From Eledone cirrhosa (taxonomy: Eukaryota): a stretch of DNA of 64,000 bases. Position numbers and translations under genes: made by a program. Where the stretch lies: assembly GCA_964016885.1 (NCBI GenBank), contig OZ024741.1:74648001-74712000 (forward strand), written 5' to 3'. Within the stretch, counting starts at the first letter, position 1; every line of letters starts with the position of its first letter. The notes beneath the pieces are model-generated. The model was not told the DNA's origin. It ran no database searches and worked only from the letters and a program-made list of their open reading frames with translations. Positions 25,111-38,310 of this stretch are shown piece after piece.

Positions 25111-25711
25111 TTAGTCTGCCGTGAGTTGGAAAAGTAGAATGTTATATACTATATAATTGATTAAAAATTACATAAAACTAAAAGATCTTCAAATTTAAAT
25201 GATGTTATGATAAATAAAAGTTCCAGCATGAAATAATTTCAAGAAATCAATAATATAGTATAGATAAAAATCAAAAGAAGAAAATTGAATATAATTCACA
25301 AATAACGTATGTTCTATTTCCCTTATGTAATAATATTTTCACAACCTCTTTTATCTTCTATAGAATATTAAACATTTTATTTATTTGTCTAGTTGAAATA
25401 TACATTATTAAAAGTTGCAAACAAAATCTATAGACTTGCTAATATACCAAAACCAAAATGACTTTCCTGTATATTATATTCAGGAACTCATACAGGACAC
25501 TACATTATCATACATTTGTTTTAACCCTTTTATTACAATATTTATACTGAAATAAACTACCTGTGATTTAAAAAAATTATTTACAAAATAATCAAAAATT
25601 ATATATAATTAATATAACTAACTTTCTTATTATTGAATAGGAGCTTGGGACATAAAGTAAAGATTCTTACATAAAATTATAATGGTAAGTTTTTAGATAA
25701 ATATTAACACA

Positions 25712-26057
25712 TTAACCCTTTCATTACCACTTTTCTAATGACAGGCACAACCTACGGCTTTCAAATATTAAGCTGGTGTTTGGAGCAACATTTAAAGGTT
25801 ATAACATAATTATGGAAGCTTTTTATATGTAAACACTTTAAATGTATTGTTGCCATATTTCTAATTAAACATTGCCTATGTTTACAAATAATTTTGAGAA
25901 TAATCAAGAATTTAGAGAAATTTAGTAATAAAAATAATGTATTCATTAAGCTGGTGAAATTATGGTGCAAGATTTATACATATATCATATTTTAAAATAA
26001 ACACCTTCATATCACAAAGGGGTGGTCACAGATGAGTTGGTATAGAAAGTGTTTTAA
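25712..26057. mobile_element. piggyBac-like MITE (about 340 bp); further copies or fragments at about 15240-15530, 18645-18850, 19640-19805, 22200-22370, 40820-41610, 42090-42360, 57000-57620, 59050-59310
   Basis: Recurrent ends TTAA-CCCTTT(cattacc/gatacc) and ggtaatgaaagggTTAA; conserved internal tatgttccaaacaccagcttaataatgagaaagttagttatattactaaatc. Confidence 0.6.
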
Positions 26058-26441
26058 CATATTCATATTTAACTTAAAACCTTCTATCATACTTTCAAAT
26101 GAGAACATCTTTTTTCTTGTTTGTTAATTTGTGTTCCAAACACCAACTTGATAATGGCAAAACAGGCAGTTATTTTAATAAGTCACTCCAAATTTTAGAT
26201 CATTTAAAAAATTAATGGAAACACATGGACTAAGTATTTCACAGATATGGGCACAATGCATTTTTTAAAAGAAAGCAAACTGAAATTCATATAAACACAA
26301 AATAAATAGTAAATACCAATGCCATAATAAATCATAAGACGACAAATCTTGGTGAAGGCACATTTGGTAGGAATGGTTTCAGTACCTCACTGGTATTTAT
26401 ATATTGATTGATTAATTTTATTAATATCTTCATCCTTTCTT

Positions 26442-26628
26442 GTGCTGGTGCCACAATAAAATGTACCCAGTATACACTGTAAAGTGGTAGTGCTAGTTCC
26501 ATGATAAAATGCACCCAGTACACTCTGTAAAGTGGTAGAGCTAGTTCCACGATAAAATACACCCAGTACACCCTGTAAAGTGATAGTGCTAGTTCCATGA
26601 TAAAATGCACCCAGTACACACTGTAAAA
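26442..26628 (+). repeat. 4 x 48-bp tandem repeat of the RTE/SINE tail module
   Basis: Units start at 26442, 26490, 26538 and 26586: gtgctagttccatgataaaatgcacccagtacactctgtaaagtggta. Confidence 0.9.
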
Positions 26629-28059
26629 TGATTGATATTAGAAGGTATCTAGCCATAAAGAAATGGAACATAAAAGCAAGATGTGGCACTCCAACAAGTT
26701 TAGAATTGCAGTGAAACCTCCAACACATTCCAGCATGGAAAATGGATGGATGATGATGATGAAAAACACTTCATGAGTTACATTATCTTTTTCATGTAAA
26801 TTTGTTATATAAGTTGCAAATAGATTAACATTTTTATATTTAAGAGCATAATCCATGAACAATAGAAGTAATTATAGACAGCATACATTTTCATTGATTT
26901 GCTATTTTTTTTTAAAAAAGCATGAATAGAATTGATTTCAGATCAAACTTTTTTTTCATTAATTTTTTTGTTATATCCCTGACTCAAAAATAAACAGATT
27001 CATTAATAAATAAATGAAATATTGCACATTCTTAAACAAGTTATTTTCTGTTAAAAATTACCATCCAAAAAATGCAGAACAGATGATTATACTTTATAGG
27101 ATGTATATTGCTCCCAGCCAAGTTTTAATATATTGAGCATTGAGTTACAATCAGAAACTAATTCCACAAACATGAGAAGAAAGTATCTCATTTTGGTACC
27201 TTATGTGAAGATATAAAATATGCAAGCCAATTAGTCTCAAAGGACCTGTTGGCAAAATTATTTGGAGAGTTTTATATGATAATTACATTTTCAGAGACAC
27301 TTAACTGTCAGAAATTACTTTTGTATTTTACAAATATTGCTATTTCAGAAGGCCTTTTTTTCTTGGAAAGCTAATCATCATTTTACATTTGTTTTCCATG
27401 CTGGCTTGGGTGGGATGAGTTGTCACAGTCTAGGACTAGATAAAACTAAGGTCCATGCATTCCATTTTGACATGGTGACTACAGCTGGATGCTCTTCCTA
27501 ATGCCAACCACTTTACAGAGCGCACTGGGTACATATAATTATGTGCCCTAACATTAGTGTGAACACTCTCTCTTCAGCAGGGTGGAGAGAGGCAGTAATG
27601 GAGAGGGGATGAGAGTATAACAGAAGTAGCACTGTGGGGTGAGGGGGGTGGATCAATTATTAGATTTATTAGGCTTGTATTTGGAACATACATAGCCGAA
27701 CAAAGGTTCTTACAAAAAAGTTGATGGAAGGTTTTTAGGTAAATAAACATTTAAGAATAAATAGTTTAGTATTGGTCTCAAAAGGGTTAAGTGACTTTAA
27801 ATACATCTCCCATTATTAAATGTTCCAGCAAAGAAATTCTGTTTTTTTAGTTATCTTTTAATGCAGGTATGGAGTAAATGATTTGCTATAATTTTTTTCT
27901 CTCTGCTGTTTTGTTATTGTTTAGTCTCAGGTTAATTGTGATCAAGTGAACTATGATCAAAGACATTCCTGCTATGACCTTATTTAGGCATAGTGTGTGC
28001 GAATGTATATACATATATATATATCCATATGTATATGTTCATATACATGTATATATATA

Positions 28060-28108
<49 letters not shown>

Positions 28109-28944
28109 AAATGGCAAGAAAAGTTATTGTGATTAGGTTAACTGTCAGAAAAACAGAGATGTTTTTAAAGATATTACAAATGTAGGCCTTTCATTAGAAA
28201 AAAAGAATGAATGAAAAGGAGAGAAAATGAAAAGATATGACTAAGAAATTGTGATGACAGAACATGGGTAAATGAATGTATTAGCTCTGCCTGAATTGGT
28301 AAGGAATGTGTTTAGTAATGCTCTCTTGAAGTGCAAATATGTAACTTGATGCAAAGAGGAGACCTCTCTTGTGCTGGTATCATGATAAAATACATCCAGT
28401 ACACTCTGCAAAATGGTTAGCATCAAACCTTAGAAATCATGCCAAAATACAACATACTCAAACAAAACACATTCTACCCATCAAGGAGTAATTCCAATTA
28501 TGTACTGACTTGGTCTGTAATGACCCATCAAACTCATGACAGCATGGGATGATGATGAAACAGAAAATGAAATGCATTGACTGATGTGTGTAACTTATGA
28601 CTAATAACTACTTCTTGTTTTTGTGGGTATGTAATGTAAATGGAGTGAAGAACTACAACACCAAGTGTTTCAAAGCCAGTTTTCCTTTAACGACATGCTT
28701 CATACTAATCATGAGTCTTTATGACACAATGTTTTACAACCAGATGCTTTTTCCAGCACTAAAACTTTTAGTTACCCCCTATGAGATGCAGAGATATCTG
28801 CATGTACCTATTCTAAGCTAGAAACACACACACTATTGAAGAAAAAACTACTACTACACTATAACACAAAAGTTATTTGATGGTTGTTGTTACTGCCAAG
28901 GTGTTCCCTGATTGAGAAAGCAATCAAAGATATTCAAATCTAAA

Positions 28945-29062
28945 ACTTGATCAATTGAGTAGACACATAATCAAAGGCATTCTAACTAAAAACTTGATTA
29001 ATTGAGTAGATACATGATCAAAGGCATTCTAACCCTAACCAATTGAGTACATATGATCAAGT
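28945..29062 (+). repeat. About 2.5 copies of a roughly 46-bp tandem repeat
   Basis: aaacttgatcaattgagtagacacataatcaaaggcattctaacta repeated. Confidence 0.75.
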
Positions 29063-30520
29063 GCATAATATCTGCATATTAAGGATTTGTTGTTAACACA
29101 CTACAAAGAAATATACTGCTGGCACTACAATAAAATGCTCCCACTACAGTTTTTTAAATGTACCAAGTATAGTCTGTAAAGTAATAATGTTGGTGCCATG
29201 TTAAAATGCACCATTGCAAATTGGTTGGTATTAGGGTGGGCATCCAGATGCAGAAACCTTACCAAAACTGGAATGTAAGAGCAAGATATGGTTCTCGAAC
29301 ATTTCTTATCTCAGACTGTGATGATCTGTCTAACACAAACAAGCATAGAAACACAGAATAATGGTGATAATCATCCCCATCACCACCTTCCTCTTTCCAC
29401 ATCTAAAAAGATAAGATTCTGACAATAGTATATGGTCTGAACTAGTTTTTCATTCAAAATTCAAAATAATATCAGTGATATATCCATTGTTCTCATACAC
29501 ATATATCATTCATCAATATGGATTAACAATTTTCTGAGCATACGTGTATGTGTGTGTGTGTGTGTGTGTATATACATATATATATATATATGTATATATA
29601 CACACACAAAATAACAAGTGAATAAAATGATTGGTACCAGGAAGAGCATCCTGCCTTAGAGCACGGTCATGAAAAGGACCCCATGATGTGAGTGACAACT
29701 GTCATGAGGTAAAATGGTGTAAAAGTGCTTATTTGAATATGCATGTGTTTGTTTATAAATTTATATATATATAAACTACTTGTCTGGGACACTGAGAAAA
29801 AAAAAAGAGTAAATAAATTAGAATAATGAACATCAATCAATCAATTAATCAATATATCCATTGTTACTTATTTATCTATGGACAGTTTGGATCAACATAT
29901 ATTTATCCAGTGGATGGGATGGCCAGTGAATGAGTAAGATCTACCATTGTGTTTTGTTTCCTCATTAAGTGTATCATTGAAACCTGTTTCTCCATAGAAA
30001 ACAAAGTGAAACAGCAGCACTCTCACTAATGAATATTTTATTTTTTTACCTGGCATCATCATCAACCGTCTTCCTGCAATCTATAACATTTTCTTTTCTC
30101 ATCTGTTTATTTTCCTTCCCCAGAGACCCATATGAAAGAGAGAGAGAGTGATGAGAGGATAAAACTAATAAACATATATATTTAGAGATGGTATAAAATA
30201 GCTTATAAAACGTCTATTTTCCATACTAGCATGGGTTAGATGGGTTTGTCCCATGAGAGGCAAGTTGGGTTGGATGACCATGTCTTGCTCATATAGGACT
30301 GTTTCTAGCTAGATTTCTATGGCTGGATGCCCTTCCTAATGGTAACCACATTTACAGTGTGTGCTGGGTGCTTTTTATCATGACACCTACACGACCACTT
30401 TACAGTGTGAGCTGGGTGCTTTTTGTCATGACATCTACAAGACCACTTATACATATATATATATTTCGTTTCTGAATTTGTTTAGCAAGTTTCTTTATCT
30501 GAAAACGTGTGTTGAAACCG

Positions 30521-31007
30521 ATATTGTTATACTTTGGGAGGGTCATGTTGCCAATAAGAAACACACGCACCAGTTGCTTTCACTTCAATTTATTATAATA
30601 AATTTATAAATTTCTGGTTGGTTGGTTGGTTCCACAACCAGATGATTGTTTATATATTGTCAAAGTTCTTTCGTCACACATTCTGTGACCTCTTCAGTGA
30701 CTGGGGATTCTTTTCTTTGTTTTTGTGCCTCTCCTTTGTTCAGTCCTACGCCATCTTGTTTTTTGAAAAAAACAAGATGGCGTAGGACAGAACAAAGAAA
30801 AGAATCCCCAGTCACTGAAGAGGTCACAGAATGTGTGACGAAAGAACTTTGACAATATATAAACAATCATCTGGTTGTGGAACCAACCAACCAACCAGAA
30901 ATTTATAAATTCCTAAATTTATAAATTTATTATAATAAATTGAAGTGAAAGCAACTGGTGCGTGTGTTTCTTATTGGCAACATGACCCTCCCAAAGTATA
31001 GCAATAT
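30521..31007. repeat. Palindrome of about 490 bp (centre about 30765) of a Penelope-like terminal repeat with a hammerhead-like motif in each arm
   Basis: Arms are reverse-complementary apart from two small indels; mirror ORFs 30646+ and 30660- reflect this. Confidence 0.95.
30811..30853 (+). ncRNA. Variant type I hammerhead motif (mirror copy at 30659-30701 on the minus strand)
   Basis: gtca-CTGAAGA-g-gtcaca(gaatg)tgtgac-GAAA-G(aa)CTT-tgac; one unpaired G at the base of stem II and a very short stem III. Confidence 0.6.
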
Positions 31008-31038
31008 ATATATATATATATAAAACATAAAAAAAAAC

Positions 31039-31180
31039 AGGAAGTTTCGTTTACATATAAAAGATATTTATTGTGTATCGACCTGTTACGTGTGTTTCGC
31101 AACAGATTAGCTTAATCCTCTACAAAATGCGCGTAACAGGTCAATACACAAATATTTTTTATATGTAAATGAAACTTCCT
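31039..31180. repeat. Fold-back hairpin (arms about 58 bp) centred on a hammerhead stem II position
   Basis: The reverse of the left arm reads cGAAAC(acac)GTAacaggtc; the right arm reads caaaat(gcgc)GTAacaggtc; spacer about 23 nt. Confidence 0.7.
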
Positions 31181-32489
31181 CATTTTTTTTCTATTATATA
31201 CACTCTGCTTGTGCATAGAGTGGTTGCTTTGCTTCCAACACCAGTAATTCACTGAACCACCTACAGTATATATATATATATATACTGTATATATATATAA
31301 ATATATACATATACATACACATAATTCACTTAGTACACTGACACTGTACAATGGTAATGCTAGTGTCATGATAAAATGCACTCAGTACACTCAATAAAGC
31401 CGTTGATAGTAAGAAGAGTATCTCGTCATAGAAACCACACCAAAACTGAAAAGGATGTTTATATTTTTTGTAGTGCACCTGAGCTCTGTACACAATAATT
31501 TTCATTAGTATTATTTTGATTATTATTTTATAGTTCTCTGACCTGAATTATTTTGGGTTGTGATGATTTTACCAGCCCATTCCAGCAAGGGAAATAGATG
31601 TATAATTATTGTTTATACTTTTGGTACAAGGCCAGCAATTATATCAGTGTATTACTGGTACTTTATTTTATCGTGATTTGAACTCAGACTGTAAAGGGAC
31701 GTAAATCTATGCTACAAAGCATGGTGTCGGACCCTCAACCGATACTGCCAAACATCCAGAATTGGAAGTGGTGAGAGCTTGTGCCAACAGATGTTAGCTA
31801 TGCAAGCATATGTTTTTAGATTTACTCCAAATGTATGGAACCTTGGGTAAGTGCATTCTGCTTGTGTATTGCTTACAAGGATATTTGCTCGTGTGTGTGT
31901 GTGTGTAAGTGAGAGAGAGAGAGAGGGGGGATGAGAAATAAAGAGAGAAAGGAGGATAGATTGAGAAAGTGAATGTGTCAAGAAAAAAGAAAAGCAGAGA
32001 AAGAATAGAGGAGAAAGAGAAGTTAGTTTAATATGAAGAGACCAGTGTGTGTGTGTGTGTGTGTGTGAGAGAGAATGGGTAGAAGAGGGAGAACAGTGAA
32101 CAAATAATATAAAATAGGAAAAGAGAGGGAGGTAAAAGGAAGAGAGAGAGATAGATAGAGAGAGAGAGAGAAATAAGATGGACAAGAGAAAGGAAACAGT
32201 AACAAAAAAATAAAATAGAAAGAATTGCAAAAGAGAGAGAAGAGAAAGAGAGAAAAAAATATGTTTCTACCCATTGTTTACAGAAAAGAAAAGAAGGAAA
32301 GAGAGAAGAAAGTAGGTTTTTACCTACTGTTCAATAATATCATGTATAGATTAGTTCTTGCATGTGTTTGGGGTGCATATGTGTGTGTGTGTGCCAAAGA
32401 AAGATGTGGCGAGGAAACAGAGAGAAGTGTGGGGGCAGAGAAGAATTAAACACATGCTTTTCCTACAGTTCAATATCATGGTCACACTA

Positions 32490-32507
32490 GTATATATATA
32501 TATATAT

Positions 32508-32568
<61 letters not shown>

Positions 32569-32583
32569 TATGTATAAACACAC

Positions 32584-32614
<31 letters not shown>

Positions 32615-32826
32615 TATATATATATACACACACACGCACATATATTTATATACATACATGCATATATATATATATATATATATACATACATATATTCACT
32701 TATATATATACATACATGCATATATATATATATATATACATATATACACTTATATACATACATAGATGCATATATATATATATATATACATATATACACT
32801 TATATACATACATATATATATATATA
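32490..32826. repeat. Complex TA/CATA satellite (tatatacacttatatacatacat units), continuing at 36546-36736, 37160-38110 and 38920-39360
   Basis: Direct observation. Confidence 0.95.
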
Positions 32827-35800
32827 TTGCTATTACGTGGACCAATCATAAGCCAGAGCCCCCACGCATCACCAGTATTATTACGCGGACCAATCAGAAG
32901 CCAGAGGCCTATACTATCGCTTGCCTGGTTGCCTTTCGATATATGATGGATGGATGGACTGCGGAATCCTGGAGAGTGGAGGAGAGAGAGAGAAAAATCT
33001 GGACGCTCAGCGACAATGCCAAAGATAAAGACAAATTCACCTCTTGGACGAGAATGCGAGCACTCCTCATTGTTTCGACCGCGGACGGCTAACATAACCC
33101 CATCGCCCCCCGCCCCCAAACGCAATCCAAAACTTCAGAGTTGGTACCATAAATGTAGGCACCCTAAAGGGTCGCGCTAACGAGGTTGTAGAAATGCTTG
33201 AACGTAAGGAGGTCGATGTTTGTTGTATTCAAGAGACCAGGTGGAGGGGTGGGTCTGCTAGGTTCATTGAGGGTAAAAAACGATGTTATAAGCTTTTCTG
33301 GGTGGGAAACGACGATGGGCTGGGTGGAGTAGGAATCATGGTAGCAGAAAAGTGGGCAGATAAGATAATAGATGTAAATAGAGTGAACGACAGAATAATT
33401 AAAATACGACTTGTCCTCAATAGAACTACGGTGACAGTAATATCTGCGTACGCACCCCAATCCGGACTGCCCGGCACTATAAAAGACAGATTCTATGAGA
33501 CACTGATGCTAACTACCTCCCAAATATCCGACAGTGACTATATAATTATCGCAGGCGACCTAAATGGTCACGTTGGACAACATTGTGACGGCTACGACGA
33601 AATCCATGGAGGCTATGGGTTTGGTAGAAGGCTCCAGAATCCTGGAATTCTGTGATGCAAATAACCTAACTATCTGTAACACTAACTTCAAAAAACGTGA
33701 CAATCACCTGATCACCTATAGATCCGGGGAACACACAAGCCAGGTAGATTATATCCTTACCAGAAGACGTGACAGAGTGTCTGTTGTAAACACTAAATCC
33801 CTCCCCCATGAAGAATGCACCTCCCAACATAGACTGATAATTAGCGACCTCATAGTCAGGACGAGATGTACTCGACAGCAGAAGAGGACTATCCTCAGGA
33901 GAAAAATATGGAAGCTAAAGGACCCCACAGCCAGGAATAAATTTCAAAGCATATTACTTGATGCTTTCGACAGTAAGGAAGAACATTTAGAGTCGGACAA
34001 TATAGAGGGAGAGTGGGAATTTCTGAAAGCAAACCTGCTGTTGGCGACAGACGAAGTCTGTGGCTGGAGCAGGCCTGTAGGCAGGAGGAGAGTAACATGG
34101 TGGTGGAACAGTAAGGTGGAGGGGTCAATTAAGGCCAAAAAGCAGGCTTGGAAAGTATGGCGGGATGGGGGAAGTAGAGAAGACTATCAAGTAGCCAGGA
34201 GGGAAGCTAGGAGACAAGTGTACTTAGCAAGAAGGGAAGCTGAGGAAAGAAAGTTCAAGCATGTTCTACAACGCGATGACCAAAAACGTGAGGTGTTCAG
34301 GATTGCTAGGCAATGCGTCAAGGAAAACCGTGATATTGTCGGGGAGAAGTGTGTACTAAACGACGATGGCACACTTGCCATCACCGACGCTGATAAGAAG
34401 GTAGCTTGGAAGTGTCACTATGAAAGGCTACTAAATGAGGAGAATAAATGGGAAAAAGACAGTCTCCCCCATATCGACCCAATAGAGGGACCAGCAGCGT
34501 TAGTCGAGGGGAGTATAATAAGTAAGGCAATCAAGGATATGAAGACGGGTAAGGCGGCTGGGCCTTCGGAAATAGTTGCTGAGATGCTGAAGGCATCTGG
34601 CACGGTGGGACACACCATGGTCACCCGCATAGTTAACCAAGTCGTACAGAATGGGGTTGTTCCGAAGGACTGGCATAGCAGCATCATCGTTAACTGTTAT
34701 AAGGGTAAAGGAGACGCCCTAGATAGGAGTAACTATAGAGGCATTAAATTAATCGACCAGGTCATGAAGGTCACGGAAAAAGTAATAGCGCAACTAATCA
34801 GAGAGAGAATTGACCTAGATGAAATGCAGTTCGGGTTTGTGTCAGGCAAAAGTACCACAGACGCTCTTTTCATAGTACGACAACTACAGGAGAAGTACCT
34901 AGCTAAAGGTAAACCCCTCTACTTAGCTTTTGTCGACTTGGAGAAAGCCTTCGACAGAGTCCCCCGCTCCATTATCTGGTGGGCTCTTAGAAAACTAGAC
35001 GTTGACGAATGGCTTGTGAGGGCTATACAAGCCATGTATAAAGAAACAGTCAGCAAGGTTAGAATTAACAACGAATATAGTGAAGAGTTTAGCGTAAAAG
35101 TTGGCGTCCATCAGGGCTCTGTTCTCAGCCCACTACTATTTATTATTGCCCTTCAGGCTATAACAGAGGAGTTCAAGACAGGCTGCCCATGGGAACTCCT
35201 ATACGCAGACGACCTGACACTCATAGCGGAATCAATGGCCGAGCTAGAGAAGAAATTCCAAACATGGAAGCACGGCCTAGAGTCAAAAGGACTTAAAATT
35301 AACCTGGCTAAGACCAAAGTACTAGTTTGTAGGAAAGAAAACAAGGCGGCGGTCCCTTCTGGGAAATGGTCGTGCTCGGTGTGTAGGAAAGGCGTAGGTA
35401 GAAACTCCATTTTATGTCCTAAATGCAAAGTATGGGTGCATAAAAGATGTAGTGGGATCACAGGTAAGCTAACTAAGAACATAGATTTTACATGTGGCCG
35501 GTGCTCTGGTGCAATAAGTAGCAGCAAGTGCCCACAAAATACTAGCTCTTTCAATTGCGCAGAGGGTTCTATAGAAATAGTGGACAGCTTCCGTTACCTG
35601 GGCGATAAAATCAGCAGTGGGGGAGGGTGCTCTGAAAGTACTGTAGCTAGAGTCAGAACTGGTTGGAAAAAGTTCAGAGAGCTTATACCACTATTAGCTG
35701 CTAAAGGGTTCTCCCTAAAAATGAAAGGCAGGTTGTACGATGCCTGCATACTAACAGCAATGCTGCATGGCAGTGAGACCTGGGCATTGTGTGCAGAGGA

Positions 35801-36542
35801 TATACGCAGACTAGAGAGGAACGAAGCTTGCATGCTCCGCTGGATGTGTAACAGTAATATATGTGAACGGCAAAGCATAAACGAACTAAGGAAAAAATTA
35901 GAGATAAGAGGGATCAGATGTTGTTTACTCGAGAGAAGGCTACGTTGGTATGGACACGTGATGCGCATGAAAGTCGATAGCTGTATAACAAAGTGCAGGG
36001 CAATAAAGATAGACGGTAGTCACGGAATAGGCAGACCTAGAAAAACCTGGGACGAGCTGATAAACTCCGACATCACACACTTACACCTCTCCAAGACAAT
36101 GTCACTGGACCGAGACCTTTGGCGGTACTCAGTAACAGAGAAGACCCGCCTTACTTAAATATATAGTAAAACCTACTCCAGCCAGTAGGCATCTCTAACA
36201 AAATACACCCCGTCCCACCACCACCACCCCATCCACACCACCCCGTTCTATGTAAAGTTATGTTGGTGCCGCGCCATCGAGGCCGAAACAAATGAGATCG
36301 TGTAGGTGTCACGACAAAAAAACACACAGTCCACGCTGTAATGTGGCCGTGTAGGCAACACGGTAAAAACCTCCCAGACCCACACTGTAAATGTGGTTGG
36401 TGTTAGGAAGGGCATCCAACTAGAAAACCTGCCAGACAGTCCTATGCGAGCAAGACAATCACTCTTGCCTCAAGTGGGACTACCCCCGTCCAAACCCATG
36501 CAAGCGTGGAACACGGACGTTAAACGTTGATGATGATGATGA

Positions 36543-36545
<3 letters not shown>
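32827..36545 (+). mobile_element. Near full-length RTE-clade LINE (APE + RT with internal PHD-like Cys/His finger), (GAT)n tail
   Basis: APE motifs (GTINVGTL, CIQETRW, SAYAPQ, GDLNGHVG, VDYIL, SQHRL), RT motifs (NYRGIKL, FVDLEKAFDRVP, GVHQGSVLSPLLF, YADDL, FRYLG), RRLRWYGHV; 3' UTR 36159-36545. Confidence 0.97.
33098..36158 (+). pseudogene. RTE ORF (endonuclease + reverse transcriptase) broken by one frameshift near 33625
   Basis: The APE frame (open from 33098; ORF 33194-33655) switches to the RT frame (ORF 33564-36158) at GFG/VEGSRILEF. Confidence 0.9.
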
Positions 36546-36586
<41 letters not shown>

Positions 36587-36736
36587 TTATATACATATAT
36601 ATATACACTTATATACATACATGCATATATATATATATACATATATACACTTATATACATACATGCTTATATATATATATATATATATATACATATATAC
36701 ACTTATATACATATATACATATATACACTTATATAC

Positions 36737-37157
36737 GGTACTCAGTAATAGAGAAGACCCGCCTTACCTAAATACAAAGTAAAACCTACTACATCAGCAG
36801 GCATCTCTAACAAAATACACCCCCGTCCCACCACCCCCACCCCATCCACACCGCCCCTTTCAATGTAAAGTTATGTTGGTGCCACAACATCCAGGCCGAA
36901 ACAAATGAGATCGTGTAGGTGTCACGACAAAAAAACACACAGTCCACGCTGTAATGTGGCGGTGTAGGCAACACGGTAAAAACCTCCCAGCCCCACACTG
37001 TAAATGTGGTTGGTGTTAGGAAGGGCATCCAGCTGTAGAAAACCCGCCAGATAGTCCTATGCGAGCAAGATAATCACTCTTGCCTCAAGTGGGAAAACCC
37101 CCGTCCAAACCCATGCAAGCGTGGAACACGGACGTTAAACGTTGATGATGATGATGA
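36737..37157 (+). mobile_element. Second copy of the RTE 3' end (last codons plus 3' UTR)
   Basis: Highly similar to 36123-36545 and ends in gttgatgatgatgatgat. Confidence 0.92.
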
Positions 37158-37307
37158 TACATACATACATGCATATATATATATATATATACATACATAT
37201 ATACACTTATATACATACATACATGCATATATATATATATATACATACATATACACATATACATACATACATGCATATATATATATACATACATATATAC
37301 ACTTATA

Positions 37308-37505
37308 TGGTGGCTGCCAACTCGTTTTCGAGTACGGCCACTAATTTATATCCATGTAGGAGAACCCCTACCGATGCACTGAACGAGTGTGACTTTTTAG
37401 TCCAGCCAGCGACTTGAAAACTCTGGTACAAACACTACACTTGTGACAATTATTGACACATAGTGCTGGGCCCATGGTACCATGTGACGACAAGTGCAGA
37501 GAGAT
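37308..37505 (-). mobile_element. 3' end of another RTE-type LINE with a C-terminal C2H2 finger
   Basis: [25 protein letters not shown]-stop, followed by a short 3' UTR with ctcgaaaacgag hairpin. Confidence 0.7.
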
Positions 37506-37879
37506 GTATGTATATACACTTATATACATACATACATACATACATATATACACTTATATACATAGATACATGCATATATACACTTATATACATACATATA
37601 TACATGCATATATATATATATATATACATACATATATATATATACATATATATACATACATATATACACTTATATACATACATACATGCATATATATATA
37701 TAGATACATACATATATATATACATACATATATACACTTATATACATACATACATGCATATATATATATATATACATACATACATATATATATACATACA
37801 TATATACACTTATATACATACATATATACACTTATATACATACATATATACACTTATATACATACATATATACACTTAT

Positions 37880-37942
<63 letters not shown>

Positions 37943-38129
37943 CATATATACACTTATATACATACATACATACATGCATATATATATACATACATATATA
38001 CACTTATATACATACATACATGCATATTATATATATACATACATATATACACTTATATACACTTATATACATACATACATGCATATATATATATATATAT
38101 ATACATACATGTTCCGATGGATGTGTAAT

Positions 38130-38310
38130 AGTAATTGTTTCTACTTTAGGCACAAGGCCAGCAATTACCCAGTGCATTACTGGTACTTTATTTTATCGAC
38201 CCCGTAAGGATGAAAGGCAAAGTCAACCTCGGCGGGATTTGAACTCAGATCGTAAAGGGACGTAAATATGCTGGAAAGCATGGCGTCCGACCCTCTACCG
38301 ATACTGCCAA
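38130..38310 (-). mobile_element. SINE family A
   Basis: Full body with B-box (ggatttgaactc on the plus strand) and tail. Confidence 0.9.

Noticed and set aside
26442-26628. Regular repeats resembling a CRISPR array
   Set aside because: Head-to-tail 48-bp units without unique spacers, in eukaryotic context with no cas genes
33895-35968. Minus-strand ORFs inside the RTE, and plus-strand ORFs inside the CR1 copies and the DGK-like exon
   Set aside because: Antisense shadows of real coding frames with no recognisable motifs
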